Below, in pieces: positions 26,050 to 39,715 of a stretch of 64,000 nucleotides of DNA. The position numbers and the translations under genes are program-made. Under the pieces are notes generated by a model. The model was not told where the DNA came from, searched no databases, and saw only the letters and a program-made list of their open reading frames with translations. The stretch is from the NCBI GenBank assembly GCA_013239625.1, contig MU054187.1, forward strand, positions 12,990,974-13,054,973, read 5' to 3'. Numbering within the stretch: position 1 is the first letter of the stretch; each line of letters starts with the position of its first letter. The stretch is from Lama guanicoe. Lineage: Eukaryota.

Positions 26050-26990
26050 CCCAAGCTACCCCACGTCAGGGTGCCCATATTTCCACAGTCTCCTTATAAA
26101 ATGCAAATCTCATCATAACTCTGATTGAAAAAGGCTTCATCAATTTTTAAGTTGAAGTTCAAACTCATTGGCTTGTCACAGGGGCCCTGGGTGAACCAGC
26201 ACAAGCCTCCTTCCACAGCCTAAGCCCTAACCCTGCTTCCTTCTGGCCATTCTGAGACAGGAGTAGGTCTCAAACCTGACCTGTGGGTTCCTGTGCCTGG
26301 AATTTCCAGTCCCTATCAGAGTTCGGGTCAGCATTACCCTGGCCATGCTTCCCTCATATTCTATCCCTCAGTAGTGTAAACACCTAGCTTCTCCATAAAC
26401 ACCTGGAATGAAATTTGTATCAAAGGAAACCCATATTCTTAGCCCCCAACCTGCTTTCCCTATTTCTCCCTTGTATTTGGGCACACAACCAGTAACCTAA
26501 GCTGGAAACGTCAAGGCTTGCTTTCACTCTTCCTTCTTCACATCCAAATCCAGTATCGGGTCCAGCCGATGCCACCTCTCCACATCCTGCACTCAGTCTC
26601 CACGCATGCTGCCCTATTTCCACTGCCCAGATCAGGCAGCTCCAGCTGGTCCACTGCCTCCAGCCTCCTCTTCAATCCACACTGCAGCTAGCATCGACTT
26701 CAGACACTGAGATTCTGATGATTTCACTGCAGTGCTTAAAATCCTTTAACAGCTGACAACGCTCCATCATCAGAGATTAAGACTGAATCCATAAAACAGC
26801 TGCGAGGCTCTCCATAGTCTAGACACTGTCCACCTTTCCAGTTTGGCCCCCAGGACAACCTGGTGCCCTTTCTGCTCTAGCCCTAAACCAGCCCGTAGTT
26901 TCCGGAGACACACGTGCTCTTCCTCAAGATGCCTTTACTCATATTGTCCCCACCATTTGGAATATCCTTGAAAACTTCAGTTAGATACCA
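26050..26990 (+). mobile_element. L2 LINE fragments
   Basis: Pyrimidine-rich degenerate L2 motifs (cacatccaaatccag; caatccacactgcagctag; tgcttaaaatcctt). Confidence 0.55.
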
Positions 26991-29129
26991 ATTAAAAGAA
27001 AGCAAATTAGGCCCCTGGTGTTCGTTCAGGTAAGTTTCAACAGGAACACAAACAGAAGGAAAGAGTCTTCTGCACTTCCTGTCTCTGCATTAACTCCCCA
27101 CCCCGCCTTGAGCCCAGCCTACAGGCGTGCTCGAGTCTCCTCCACGCCCATGTGAGATGAAACTTCCCGTAACTTCTTTATACTCGCCTGGATTGGGTAC
27201 ATGAGAACATCAGGAAACTGGGAGAGAAAGAGCAAAGAGCAGACCATTACCAGAGGCCAGGTCGAAGCCTGGGGCAAAGCACACACACACACAATGACTG
27301 AGGAGCAAGTGACTGGGCAAAGTTGTAGTCTTCCCAAAGGCAGTGAAAAATTAGAATTCACTTTTACCAGGGCTAAGGTAAACATCTTTTATTACATTTA
27401 TCCTTATGGTATTATCTCTAAAGTCAGGGTTCTACAGATGTGAGTACCAATCCTGCAGAGGCACATTAGGACTTTCGTTCTCAAATTACTTTGAAGATAT
27501 TCCCCCTCCTAGTCCTCTAAGAGGGGTCTAAGATACTCCAACATACTACCCCCCACCCCAGACACTTCTGCACATACACATTGCCCCCCATCCCACCATT
27601 TATAATTGTCTCCCTCCATGTGTCGTTTGGGATTTACCGGTATTTTAGTTAACAGGATGATTCTAGGCTCTTATAATTTAAAAAACACTCTGCATACACA
27701 ACATGGGCACAGATCCAGAGTAATGTCTTTAAAGCCTGGGGCACTTTAAAATTTGTTTTACATCAAGCTAATCATGTTATGAATCTGCATTTTCGTTATA
27801 CATCACAACCATCCTTATTTTTACTAATGACATACAAGATGAGAAGAAACAGGACGCATATGGTAAGGCTACCGTCTGATCTCCCATTTGTTAGAGTAAG
27901 ACTAGCCATTTTAGTAGAACCGCAGATGAATTACATAATATTTATGAAGGGATCTTATAATAAAAATGAAGAAATCAAAACCAGATGAAAGTAGATAAAA
28001 GCTTTATTTTCATAATTAAAATTATATTATACTAAACTGAAGTAATACTTACACACTGGTAACAAATTACTATGTACAATATCGTATTACTTTGCATTAC
28101 AAGTTGTTAAAATATACACAAATCTGTGACTTTAAAAATATCTCAGTGTTCCCTACCTTAACAGACATAAATTAAGTTAAAAAGATCAAGCACCCCAACT
28201 GTTGTCCAAATGGTTAACAGTATATTAGACGTAAAGTATCCACCTTACTCAGAACATTAAATTTAATTTTAGATTCAGTTCACATGTGTTTCAGCACACA
28301 GTATTATTTTATACTACAAAGATTTCCTTCCAATTTTTTTAAAGTTGTAGTTTATCTCCTTAAAAGGTATGCATTAATAGGAAACAGATAAGCATGTTTA
28401 TGTTTTCCAGGGCCTGGCATTTTCTCATAGTCTAGTAAAGGATATGTATGCTTGTTTCTTAAATCACTGCACAAAATAAAGCCGAGTTGGTGATAAACCA
28501 AGGAATCTCCCCAGCACGGACAGTCAAACTAGATAAATGTAGACAAAAATTGGCTCTGATTGCTCACGAAGTCAGACGATGTACCTCCAAGTTCACTCAA
28601 TTATAGACTTCTACGATTTGGTGACCTACACTTTCTAAATACAGCAATTTCATGCTTCAATCTGTTATTCAGTCTGAATAAACTGACGGCTCATAGCATG
28701 TAATTTCTAGGCTCTTAAGAAAATTCTACAATGAAGGAATCATTTCAATTCTTAGTGTGATAACAGTAGAAAATTTGCATTGGTCCACATTTTGGAAGAA
28801 TGATATAACTAAATGGATGCGGCATGTCAGACCAGCAGGAATAAGAAACATAACTTAAAAAACATTCTAAGACAATGGCCTTAGCATATGCATTCTGTTT
28901 CTTCTCATCTTGTATGTCATTAGTAAATATCAGGATGGTTGTGACATATAATGAAGATGCAGATTAGAATTTTATGACAATGTTGTGGGGAGGTGCACCT
29001 TTGCTTAAGTTACTTTTCTTCCATGGGGTAGTTAAATTAATATAATGATATCCATAGATATGCTGTCTTCTAAGATTATCTTTTTTTATACCAATTTTTA
29101 AAACATTACCTCATTTAAAAAATGTCAAT

Positions 29130-29810
29130 TAAAATGACTTAACATTTCATTCTCAGCTCAACCAAAACTATAAATTCTGACCAGTCCAAATGTTGGTGAA
29201 GTTGGAGCAACAGGAATTCTTATCCACTACTGTCAGGAACATAAAAAGGTCCATCACTTTTGTTAAATGTAAAGAAGCCCTCTCACCCAGCAATTTCATT
29301 TTTAGGCACATTTCCTAGAGAAACTCCTATATGTGAGCACAAAGGAAAACAAACGAAACATCCACCACAACATTGTTCCAAATAGTTAAATATTTTTTTA
29401 ATATTTTTTTAATATATGTGTGTGTGTGTATATATTTGAAGCAATAAAGCAAGTTTAAGGATAAGAATAGATAATAGGCTACTTTTTATCTAAGTTTTAA
29501 AACAATAATATGAATTGGTATAGAGTCAGGTTGGTAGTAAAAGTAGAAGGACTTGAGTGGGGATGATGATCACCAAATTCAGGACAGTAATCCCCTCTAG
29601 GAAGAAAGGAAGGTGAGAGAAAAATGAAGAAAATGAACCATGGGACTCAACCTGAACCTTCTTTAATATTTCATATCTTGAAAAAAGAGAAAAAGACATT
29701 TGAACAAGACAAGGCAAAAATGTTACATTTTGGCAATCTGGATAGATGTATGCAGGTATTAATTATAGTATTATTTCTAATTCTCTGTATGTGTAAAGTA
29801 TTTCCATTTT
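29130..29810 (+). mobile_element. Ancient L1M 3' region
   Basis: ccaaatgttggtgaagttggagcaacaggaattctt; cccagcaatttcatttttaggcacatttcctagagaaact. Confidence 0.65.
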
Positions 29811-32799
29811 TAAGAGCAAAACCATTACCTCCTCACTGCAATAAATATTACCAGAACATTTGTTACTATGTTTACATTACTTTCGAAAATTCACTGCATC
29901 TCAGAGAGAGCAACTATAAAGTTAAGTGTTTTCCACGTTCATAATCTTCTCTAGATTTTTAAGAGGGAATCCAATTTCCCAGCCTCACTAAGGGATGAGC
30001 TTAGACCTCTGATGATATACTATCTGATAAGGTAGTTGATTGTTTTCCTGTTGTTTACATTATTAGCCTGCATACATTTTAAATTGGTGTGTCTGTTCCA
30101 CCTTGAGCATTTTTAGGAAGGTTTATTTCGAGGGCTCAACTTCTTTGTGCAGATTTCTTCTTTTTGAAGCATTGTAAGATCCAGGATAGGGACGACTTAC
30201 CCCTCCCCAGGTCCCACTGCCCATTCACAGTGGGGCTTTTCATCCTTTAGGACTCGCCCCTGGTGGGACATACCCTGGTTTGCCTTTTCTAATCAACTGA
30301 GTGAGGTCAGGTTGGGGTCCCTCCCTGGGATTTCTTTTGTTCCTACAAATATGTGGACCGGGGAACAGACCACTCTGCTGTCTGGCAGATATCACCTCCT
30401 TTCCTGGAATAGAAGCTTCCTGAAAGCAGCAACTGTGTTCTGCTTTTATCTTTTCAAGATCTTAGTGCAGTCATATATTTCCTTGGTAAGTGTTTGCTGA
30501 ATGAATAAATGAATGAAAGAAGCCGTAAAAACGCCAATATCAAAACTTTTCTCCATCAATATTATTCTTTGGCTGGTGCTTTTGTGTCTTAGAAAGGAAA
30601 GGCAAACTCAGCATTGACTCCTGCTCTTAGGAGATGGCAGTGCTCCCGGAGAAGAAAATGCAACTTACTCTTGAATTCAAGTTTGGAGCATGAAGGCAGG
30701 TGGTCTGCAGTGCCTTGACCTGATAATAGTTCTCAGAAGGGCACAGTCACCAATACAGTTATTTTTAAGTAAATACTAAATACTTCTATGCCAAATTGTG
30801 GAGAGTAGACCCTCAGAGATTTAGGACTATTCAAGTATGATCTAAAAGATTTCTCTAACGGATGCGTAGTTATTGAGGAATGAAGCTGATGGCTTTCAAG
30901 ACATTATGTTAGCTCTTATTTTCTAATAAAGAAGTAAATTCAGAATTATTATTTAATTAAAATGAATGACTAGAAACATATTCTGGAGCAGCCAGGCAGC
31001 AATCATCAAGTGGATGAGCCCAGGCCTTAATATGACCTCAATATGATGGGCCATCGTCTAACCATAAGAGGTCAATCTCGTGCTCGCCATCATGGGAGAC
31101 GGGAATTGGGAGAGATGTAGGTACAGAGGGAGAGAAAAATCAAGAAGAGGAGCACCAAAAACATTCCCTGTTACATTAGCTACTGATTATATAGCAAAAT
31201 CTTGAGTTTATATAGGCTTTATTTTATTCGTAAAGCACTTTGCTTCCTTAATCTCACTGAAGGCCACAACCATCCTGAGATTAGAAAGGTCAGGTAGCAT
31301 ACTGATCACGTAGTGCACAGTGATCCTGTGGAGCCCTACAGATGAGAAAGTGGAGGCTGAGGGAGGCTGAGGACAAAGACAGAGGGCAGAAGTGACACTT
31401 AACCCCCCCCCCTTTTTTTTACTTTTAATCCAATCTCTTTTCAAAATGTGACCCTGTCATTTCTTCCTCAGTTAATTTTCCTCCACTTAAAAAAATAATG
31501 CTTCTAAGTGAATATAATTGAAGTGGAATTTAGAAAATTTTGAAACTCTTCTATAATTGAATCATATCTATCTGGGTTCTACCTAGCTGTACATTTTATT
31601 TCTGATTGCATAAATATTCATAGAGAAACACCTAAGAGTAGACCATTCAAGGCACTGAGTGGTGTGGTTCTTATTAACATTAATAAAGATCAGGTGGGTA
31701 CATTCCCATTTAATGCTTTGAAAAATGTGTCCCCGACTTTTTACCACTGAGGTAGCTAGAAAACACACTCCTCCTTGTTTTGGTTTTGTAGTAAAAAATA
31801 TACTCAACTGCATTACTCTCACACCACTTAGAAAGATGTTTCTGTTTTCCAATAATGCTAATTCTCTGAATTAGGTCAAATTATTCAGTCACATTTCTTT
31901 AGTTTCTTTAATTTTACCACTTCCTGAATCTCTGAGCCTCACAAATCTTAAACTCATGCGTCTGAGATTAGCAGTGTCTCCAAAACCAGGGTCCACACTG
32001 ATGAGGTAGTTGGCAGACGGCAACACCTTCAGGAACCAGGATGTGCGAAAAAAAAAATGGGGAAGGGGGCAGGGCACAGTGCGGTGCAAGCTCTCATGAA
32101 TCTGAGCTGGTCACTTGCTGTTCAGCACAAGTGGGTTGTTGTCATATAGGAATGTAGATTACTGTTACTGTATCTTCCAAGTTTTTGAGAGAAGCCAGAA
32201 ATCTGTATTTTTTCCACAAGAAACTTTCTAATCTTTAAATATTATCATAAAAATATTTTTTTAAACAGTGTATGGCCAACATTACCTAGAGCAAACAGCA
32301 TTTGTGGGCCTTCAATGCACAATCGCTGACTCAGTTTTTTATTCCAACATGCAGAATGGTTGACCCAGAGTCACATTTCAATAGGGAAGGTTTTAGTAGG
32401 GAAGACTGTTTTCTTCCACTGGTTATAATCTAATTCCTAGGCAAATTTCAGGGGAAAAATAGGATTATATAAGCATAATTAGAATGTTAGAGAGCTAAGG
32501 AATGACTATGGACAAAGAAATGGCTTGCTCATGTCAACATGAATGTTGATGAGAAGCCAAGAATAAGGAATTTTAAAAAGGAAGAGATCACCTACCTTTT
32601 GACAATCTGATATAAGGAGTCAAAAAATAACTGTAAACAGAAATTTTCATTCTGCATCAAACTACCTAGTATTATCTTTTGACTAATGGCTTTGTGAAAT
32701 GGTTCTAGACATGGATTTTATTGGGCGGAGTGGGGTTAGTTCAATTTTTGTCCATAAATATCTTATGGTCCCTCTTGTGGGCCAAACTGCCAAGAGCTG

Positions 32800-34100
32800 A
32801 GAATACAGACAAATGAGATATATTCCCTACCCTTGTAGAGCTCAATTATCTGCTAGGCAACCACAACACATGATGTGATAGATTTTTTGGAGGCTTCTAG
32901 GGAAATATAGGAAAAGATTAGGGTGCACAGAGGAAGCAGAATGTGAAAGTCAATGATGACTTACTACAGGTGATCATGGAACTAAACACTGAGGAATGGA
33001 AGTCATTCAGGTAAACGGGGAATGCCAAACAAAACAGCATTTGCAAAGGAATAGAATGTGGTGTCTTTATCAGTGTACAAGCAGAAAAGCCATTGACAAC
33101 ATTTAAGAAAAAGAGGAACTTTGCCATCTCTTTCAGATAGATAATCGTGGTAGGCTTTGTAAATGATAGAATCAAGAGAGACAAATATAAGCCAGAAATA
33201 CACTAAAGAGACCCAGTTGAGGGATAAGGACTTAGACTAGAGAGAAAAAGACAGAGGGCTTTTGAGAGAAAAGGGAGCGATCTGAAAAATATTGGGAAGA
33301 TATTGTTGGAACTACATGATTTATATGATGGTAGAGTTGAGGGGGAGCAATGCCAATGACTCACAAATTTTTGCCTTTGGGTCATAATGTAGATAGTGGT
33401 CATGTCTACTGCCATACAAAGAGAGATCAAGAATAAAGAAAAGGAGCAGGTGTCAGAGAAGGTGATACTTTCAGCTTGGATGCTCTAAGTTAGAGATAAC
33501 ATGGGATATTTAAGTTGAGGTTTTCAGTTCTAAATCTTGAGTGCGCTGGAAATATACCCTTGAGAATTCTTAGAAACCAAGCGGTGGTTAAAGCATGAAA
33601 GCAGTGGAAAACATTTAGGGTGAGTGGAGAACAAGGGCTGCACATAGACGCCAAGGGCAATGCCATATCTTAACATAGACAAAGGATCATCAGAGAAGTA
33701 GGAGAACTGATGGACTATGTGACAAGGCTTCAAGAAGGGAATGCAGTTATCGTACAGCTAGTACCTGTGAGGAACTGTGCTAAACCTGTACACACTGTCC
33801 ATAACCCCCAAAGTTCATTATCAATATGTCGTACTCATCTTCCAGTCAAGAAAACTGAATTGGCCCAAAAGGTCACTCTGGAATGAAGGCACCTGTTATT
33901 CAAACCTAGTCCTGCCACATTTCAAAGACTGAACAATTTCTACTTCATCACGATGCCAGTGATCCTCAGGGTCATATAATAGAGGGGTCAAGTATGTTAA
34001 GGACTGAAAAGTGGCCAGGATTTGCAATAAGAAATTCACTGGTAATCACAGCTAGAAACTCGAAGCACCTGGAATGACTGGCAAGTTAGGAAATGGAGTT
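32800..34100 (-). mobile_element. L2 LINE fragments (with an embedded MIR-like piece near 33750-33950)
   Basis: Purine-rich degenerate L2 antisense motifs (caaacaaaacagcatttgcaaagg; tttcagcttggatgctctaagttagagat; ggactgaaaagtggcc). Confidence 0.55.
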
Positions 34101-35344
34101 AGAAAATACGTACAACTCTTGTAAAAAAAGCTTGGCTAAGATGACAGGAAAAAGAAAACAGAGAGAGATACGAGTTAGATAGTGAGGTGACCATAGTTAT
34201 TCAGTTGTCTGTTCAGAATTTTACAAGGATTCACTATGATAATGGCTACTGTATAGTTTAATAGAGAGACAGATGGTTAAAGGACGTTTCTGGAACTATG
34301 ACATTACTGATCATCTCCAGCTAGCTTCAATCTCAGCTACTTAGGAATAGGAACTAGAGAGAATGACAATAAACTATCCAATCTTCTAATTAATGTCACA
34401 TGAAACAAACAAAAATGCAGAGCTCCTATGACTCTCAGATGCTAAAGCTTCATCACATGTTTGGGAAGAGGAAGTGAGCAGGTCTTTCTTGGCACCGTAG
34501 CTCAGATCAGAGGAAGTCTATTTTAATAACCAAGAGAATGATAGTCAAAATCATCTTGGAAATGAATGGAATTATATGTCAAGTCTTAAAGCAGATTGGT
34601 CTTGGTTATCAAACGTCAATTCTGGCAACTTCACAGCATCCAGCTAGTTCCTGGAGATTTGGGAAGCCAGCCAGTTCTTACACACAAGTCCTTCTGTAGA
34701 CTAAAAGACGTAGAGAGTTCCTATTCTGGGTGCCCCCCACCCCTCCACACCAGGATGCTGGCCAATCTGGTACACCTCAGAACTTTGCCAAGACAATTAA
34801 GCAGCAAAAACAACAACAACCAACAACCAAAAATTAAAAAAAAAAGAAAAGGAAGAGAAAAACTAAGTTTCTCCTGCCTCCCCTGCCCTTTTTTTACAGG
34901 GAAAATGCATTTCTGTCAGGAAACTCTCATGATCTTTTTATTCTCCTTAATAGGATTTATAATTCGATATATAAGACTTACTTGTTTATCTTCTTCTTTG
35001 CTTATTTGAATCTATTATAAATACTTTTGAATATAGCAAACTATATTGTTAAATCTCTGCTTTAGAGAAAACCGTTAGGATATGTGTTCTCTCTTTTATT
35101 AATTATTAACAACAACAATAAAAAAAAAAGCTCCACATTATGCAGGTTAAGTAAGACCTGAAATGCATCAGAAATCCCGTCTAATGAGATGTATTAAACG
35201 CACTGCATAAAACCACGAGCACTTGGCAAGATTTTCAGAAAGTGATTTGGCAAAGCAGATTCTGTATTACTTAAACAGCTCTTGTCAAAGAGGGTCAATA
35301 TAGAAATTTCATGTTTTCTTACTGGGTTTGGCTTTCCCCCTCCA

Positions 35345-36565
35345 TCTTCACTGAAGTATAATTGACCATTTTTTAAAATATATTTAAGGCGTATGACTTG
35401 ATGTCTTGATATACTTATGCACTGTGAAATAATCACCATAATCAAGATAATGAAGATATCTATCATTTCACATAGTTACCATTTTCCTTCTTTTTTGTGT
35501 GTGTGTGGGGGGGTGAAAACACCTAAGATCTCCCTCTTAGCAAATTTCAAGTACTCCATATAGTCAGTATGGTTAATGGTAGTCACATTGCTGTACATTA
35601 GATCTCCAGAAATTATTCCTCTTCAATGACTGAAACTGAATTTATAAATGAACAATGAATTTAGGATTGTTTTTTTCTATTTTTGTAAAGAATGCCATTG
35701 GGATTTTGATAGGAGTTTCACTGAATCTTTAGATCACATTGAGTAGTAGGGACATTTTAAACATATTAATTCTAATCCATGAACATGGGATGCCTTTCCA
35801 TTTATCTGTGTCTTCTTTAATTTCCTTCATCAATATTTTATAATCTTCAGCATACAAATTTTTTACTTCTTTGGTATAGTTTACTTCTAAGTAGTTTATT
35901 CTTTTTGTTGCTATTGTGAATGGATTGCTTTCTTGATTTCCTTTTTGGATAGCTTGTTGCTTAGGTATAGAAATGCAACTGATTTTTGCATGTTGGTTTT
36001 GTATCTTTCAACTTAACTGAGTTTATTAGTTGTAACAGCTTTTGGTGGAGTCCTTAGGGTTTTCTACATATAATATCATGTTATCTACAAACAGATGCCA
36101 TGGATTGTTCATTTGAGATCTTACTTTTTTTTTAACGTAGAAATTTATCACTATAAACTTTAAACTTTCTTATCAGTACTGCTTTTCTGCTTTTGCTGCA
36201 TCCCACAACTTTTGGTATACTGTGTTCTTGTTTTGTTTTGAGGTACTTTTAAAATTACCTTTTAATATCCTCTTTGATCCAATGGTTATTTAAGAGTGTG
36301 TCATTTGGTTTCCATGTATTTGTGAATTTTCCTTTTTTTTTCCACTGTTTTTAATTTATAGTTTCATTCCACTGTGATCAGAAAAGATACTTGGAATAAA
36401 TTTGATGTTATTAAATTTGTTAAGAGTTGTTTTGTAATCTAACATGTGATCTATCCTGAAGAATGTTCTGCATGTGCTTGAGAAGAATGTGTAGACCCCT
36501 GCTGTTAGGTGGAGAGGTCTGTATATATGTGTTAGGTCCATTTGTTCTATAGTGTTGTTCAAATC
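35345..36565 (-). mobile_element. L1 element, internally deleted (endonuclease part, RT part and 3' UTR juxtaposed)
   Basis: ORF 36356-36562 (MDLTHIYR...FFRIDHML...SIFSDHSGMKL) is L1 ORF2 endonuclease domain. 35650-36095 is RT-region sequence (LFVDNM-like). 35345-35635 is an L1 3' UTR. Confidence 0.9.
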
Positions 36566-38740
36566 AACAGTTGGCCTTAGCTTTTGAAGGTAGAAATTAT
36601 CAACATTGTGAAAAAGTTTTCAAGCAAAAGACACTAACACCTGGGCAAAAAATGATTCTAAAAATATCTGATGATCCATGTATGAATGACAGATTAATGT
36701 TAAAATCTTTTTGAAACTGATTTTGGTACCAGTTGAATTGCTCTCTAGTCTTTGTAGAGTTTTTGTGCTGTCCACTAGACTTTTATACTGTAATGAGAAT
36801 AGTTCAATTTGAAATTTTGAGTATCTCTAGATCAATATTCAATTTTCTGGATTTCCCAATCCATCCCTCTGTTTAGTTAACATTATTTCATATACATCTT
36901 TTCCCTAGTCGATGTTTAATTTTTTTGTAGTATTACTGAATGTATAATATGAATACTGTTGCATTTACCTGATGCTTTTATATTTTGCATTTAGTGACAC
37001 AGTCATAGCAGTTTTTCTCCTTTAAATTTTTGATGTAATGACATGTATCTTGATAGACTTCCTTATGTTAAACAAGTCTTAAATTCTTGGAATAAATTTG
37101 ATTTGGTAATTTTTTAGTACACTACTAAATTTGACTTGCTAATCAAATTTCTTTAAAGATTTGGAAATCTTGTATTTACAAATGAAGTTGGTCAATTTGT
37201 CCTTTTTAAAGTTTATGATTGAATTTTAATGTTAAGCTGTATTATAAAATGAACAAGAGAAATTATCTTTTTGTATAATGTGAAACAATTTAAAAATTAT
37301 AGAAATTATTGTTTCTTTAAAGACAGCCACATAGTCTGGTACCTGTTCTCTTCAATTTTTTTCTGCACCAGTTTCTCTTACGTTTCCTTCTTAGACTCCA
37401 ATGGCATGTACCAGACCTTTTGAAATTGTCCCCTACATCTCTGAGGCTCTGTTAATTATTTTTTTCCAATTTCTTTTCTTCGTATTTTTCAGGTTGGATT
37501 ATATTGATCTATTTCAAGTTCACTTCCTTCCTCTGTCATCTGCTATTGAGCCAGTACAGTAAAATTTTTATTTCAGGTATTGTATTTTTCAGCTTTAAAA
37601 TTCCTATCCTTTTAAAGAAGTTTCTGTGACATTGTTGAGAACTTCTATGTTTCCATTGATTTTAACTGTCTTTACTCCATCTAGCATAGGTGTAAAAGCT
37701 TCTCTAAAATCTCCAGCTATTCCAATATCTCAATTTACAGTTGGCACTTATTGGTTGTCTTTTTCCTTGAGAAATAGTCACATTTCCCTTATTCTTTGTA
37801 TGTCATGTAATTTTGAATTATATCTTGGACATTTTGATTACTATGTTGTGAAATTCTGGGTCCTGGGAAAATGATGATTTTTTTTTTCATGTTGTTGTTT
37901 TAGGAGACAATGAATTTGGTCAGTTTCAGACTGCAAGTTCTCTCTCATCTTTTGTGAATAGTGGTCCCAATATCAGTTTAGGTTTCAAAGCTTTTGCTAT
38001 GCTGCTCTGGTACCTACCCATGTGTGAGGCACTCGGGGCTAATCTGGGAACTGGACAGTGGTTTATAAATTAATGCAATTCTAAAACCCTTTGTTATGTT
38101 CTTTTTGGTCTGTTCCAAGCATGTAGAGCTCAGATGTAAGCCCAGAATGCTTACCAGTTCATACACAGAATTAGGGAGTCTCCTTTTCCAACCTTCTCCT
38201 TTCTGGGATCCCACCAAACTACACCTCTCATGGGTCTCCTTTATCTACCCTCTGGCTGCAGCTGAAGCTCCTTGACTGGGGCCCGCCTATGGTCAAAGCA
38301 GAAAGATTAAAATGAGAAAAAGAAAAACAACAGGGATTTTTATCCCACACTTCTCAGACTATAGGGGTCTGTTTTCCCAGTTCCTGTGGACAGGAAAACA
38401 GGGTTTCTCTGAGGTTTAGTGGTCTGTACCTTCTACCCCCACAGCTCCACAACTGGGGCTGCCATTAGGATATGGAGGGATGAAAAAAAAAAAAAAGAAA
38501 AAAATCCTGAAGATTTTACCTCCACACTCTTTGGCTGGCATTGGTTCCTTTTCCTGGTTTTATGGCCAGGAAGATGAGGTTTTTCTCCATTCTTCCCTCC
38601 CAAATAAATCTCTGCAGCTACAAAATTAAGACTGGGGGAATCATCCTCAAATCAAAGCCATGAGAGAAAAGAGAAAAAAATGGGACTCACTCCTGTATAA
38701 TTTGCTTCTTAAATTTTGACCTTCTTTTCCAACCTTCCTG

Positions 38741-38840
<100 letters not shown>

Positions 38841-39484
38841 CAGAGTCCTGAGTGGCTGCTCTTTGCATTTTGTGCAGAGTTTCCATTGTAATCAGTGAAA
38901 GAGAGAGGCTACAGTGAGCTTACTCCAGCTTGGTTGTCCTTGGAAGTACGGATGCTTTTTAAAATACAGACCTCTATTTATCTTTCTAACCTGCTTTATG
39001 GTTTTTTGGTCTTTTCAGGGTTTTAGTTTCTTCTTGAGTCAATATTTTTAGTTCACATTTTGCTAGAAAATCATTCATTTCTCCTAAATTTTCAAATGTA
39101 TTGCTATAGATTTACCAAAAAAAAAAAAAGCTTTCTTAAATCTCTTTCTTTCATATATGTGGTTCTATCTCCTCATCATTCTGTGGCATATCTTTGTTTA
39201 ACTCCCTTTTCAAAAAATCAGGCATAGCAAAAAATTTCTCTATTTTATTAATCTTTTCAAAGAGCAGACTTCGGTTTCCTACTTTTTATTTCCTTAACTT
39301 CAGTTGGTATTAATTACTACCATCCCAGTATCTTCTATTTTGTTAGTTTCTCCTTACTGCAACTGCATAATTTATTTTCATACTTTTTTCAGAATGAAAT
39401 CATTTAAAGCTATAAATTTCCCTCTGAAGCATATTAGCATATGCAAATTAGCAATATTGCGTGGGTTTTCCTCTGAATCATTCC

Positions 39485-39715
39485 TATAGTATTGTGGTTA
39501 AGAGTGCAGGTTCTTTGACTTGTAACTCTTGTTCCTTCTTGTATTCCCTTGGGTAGGTTATCTAACCTCCTTAAGCCTCAGTTTCTTCATCTGTCAAATA
39601 GGAAAAACAATATACACAACTCCTAAGATTATTCTAAAGGTTGAGGTCCTCCAGGTAAAATGGCTTAGAAACTGCTCTTGGCATTGAGTGAGCATTCAAT
39701 AATTGTTCATTGTTG
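39485..39715 (+). mobile_element. MIR SINE
   Basis: gtggttaagagtgcagg...taacctccttaagcctcagtttcttcatctgtcaaatagg is the MIR core. Confidence 0.85.

Noticed and set aside
30195..30205. Consensus minus-strand donor GGG|gtaagt as an upstream EYA1 exon
   Set aside because: No convincing partner acceptor or promoter nearby, and such motifs are frequent by chance.
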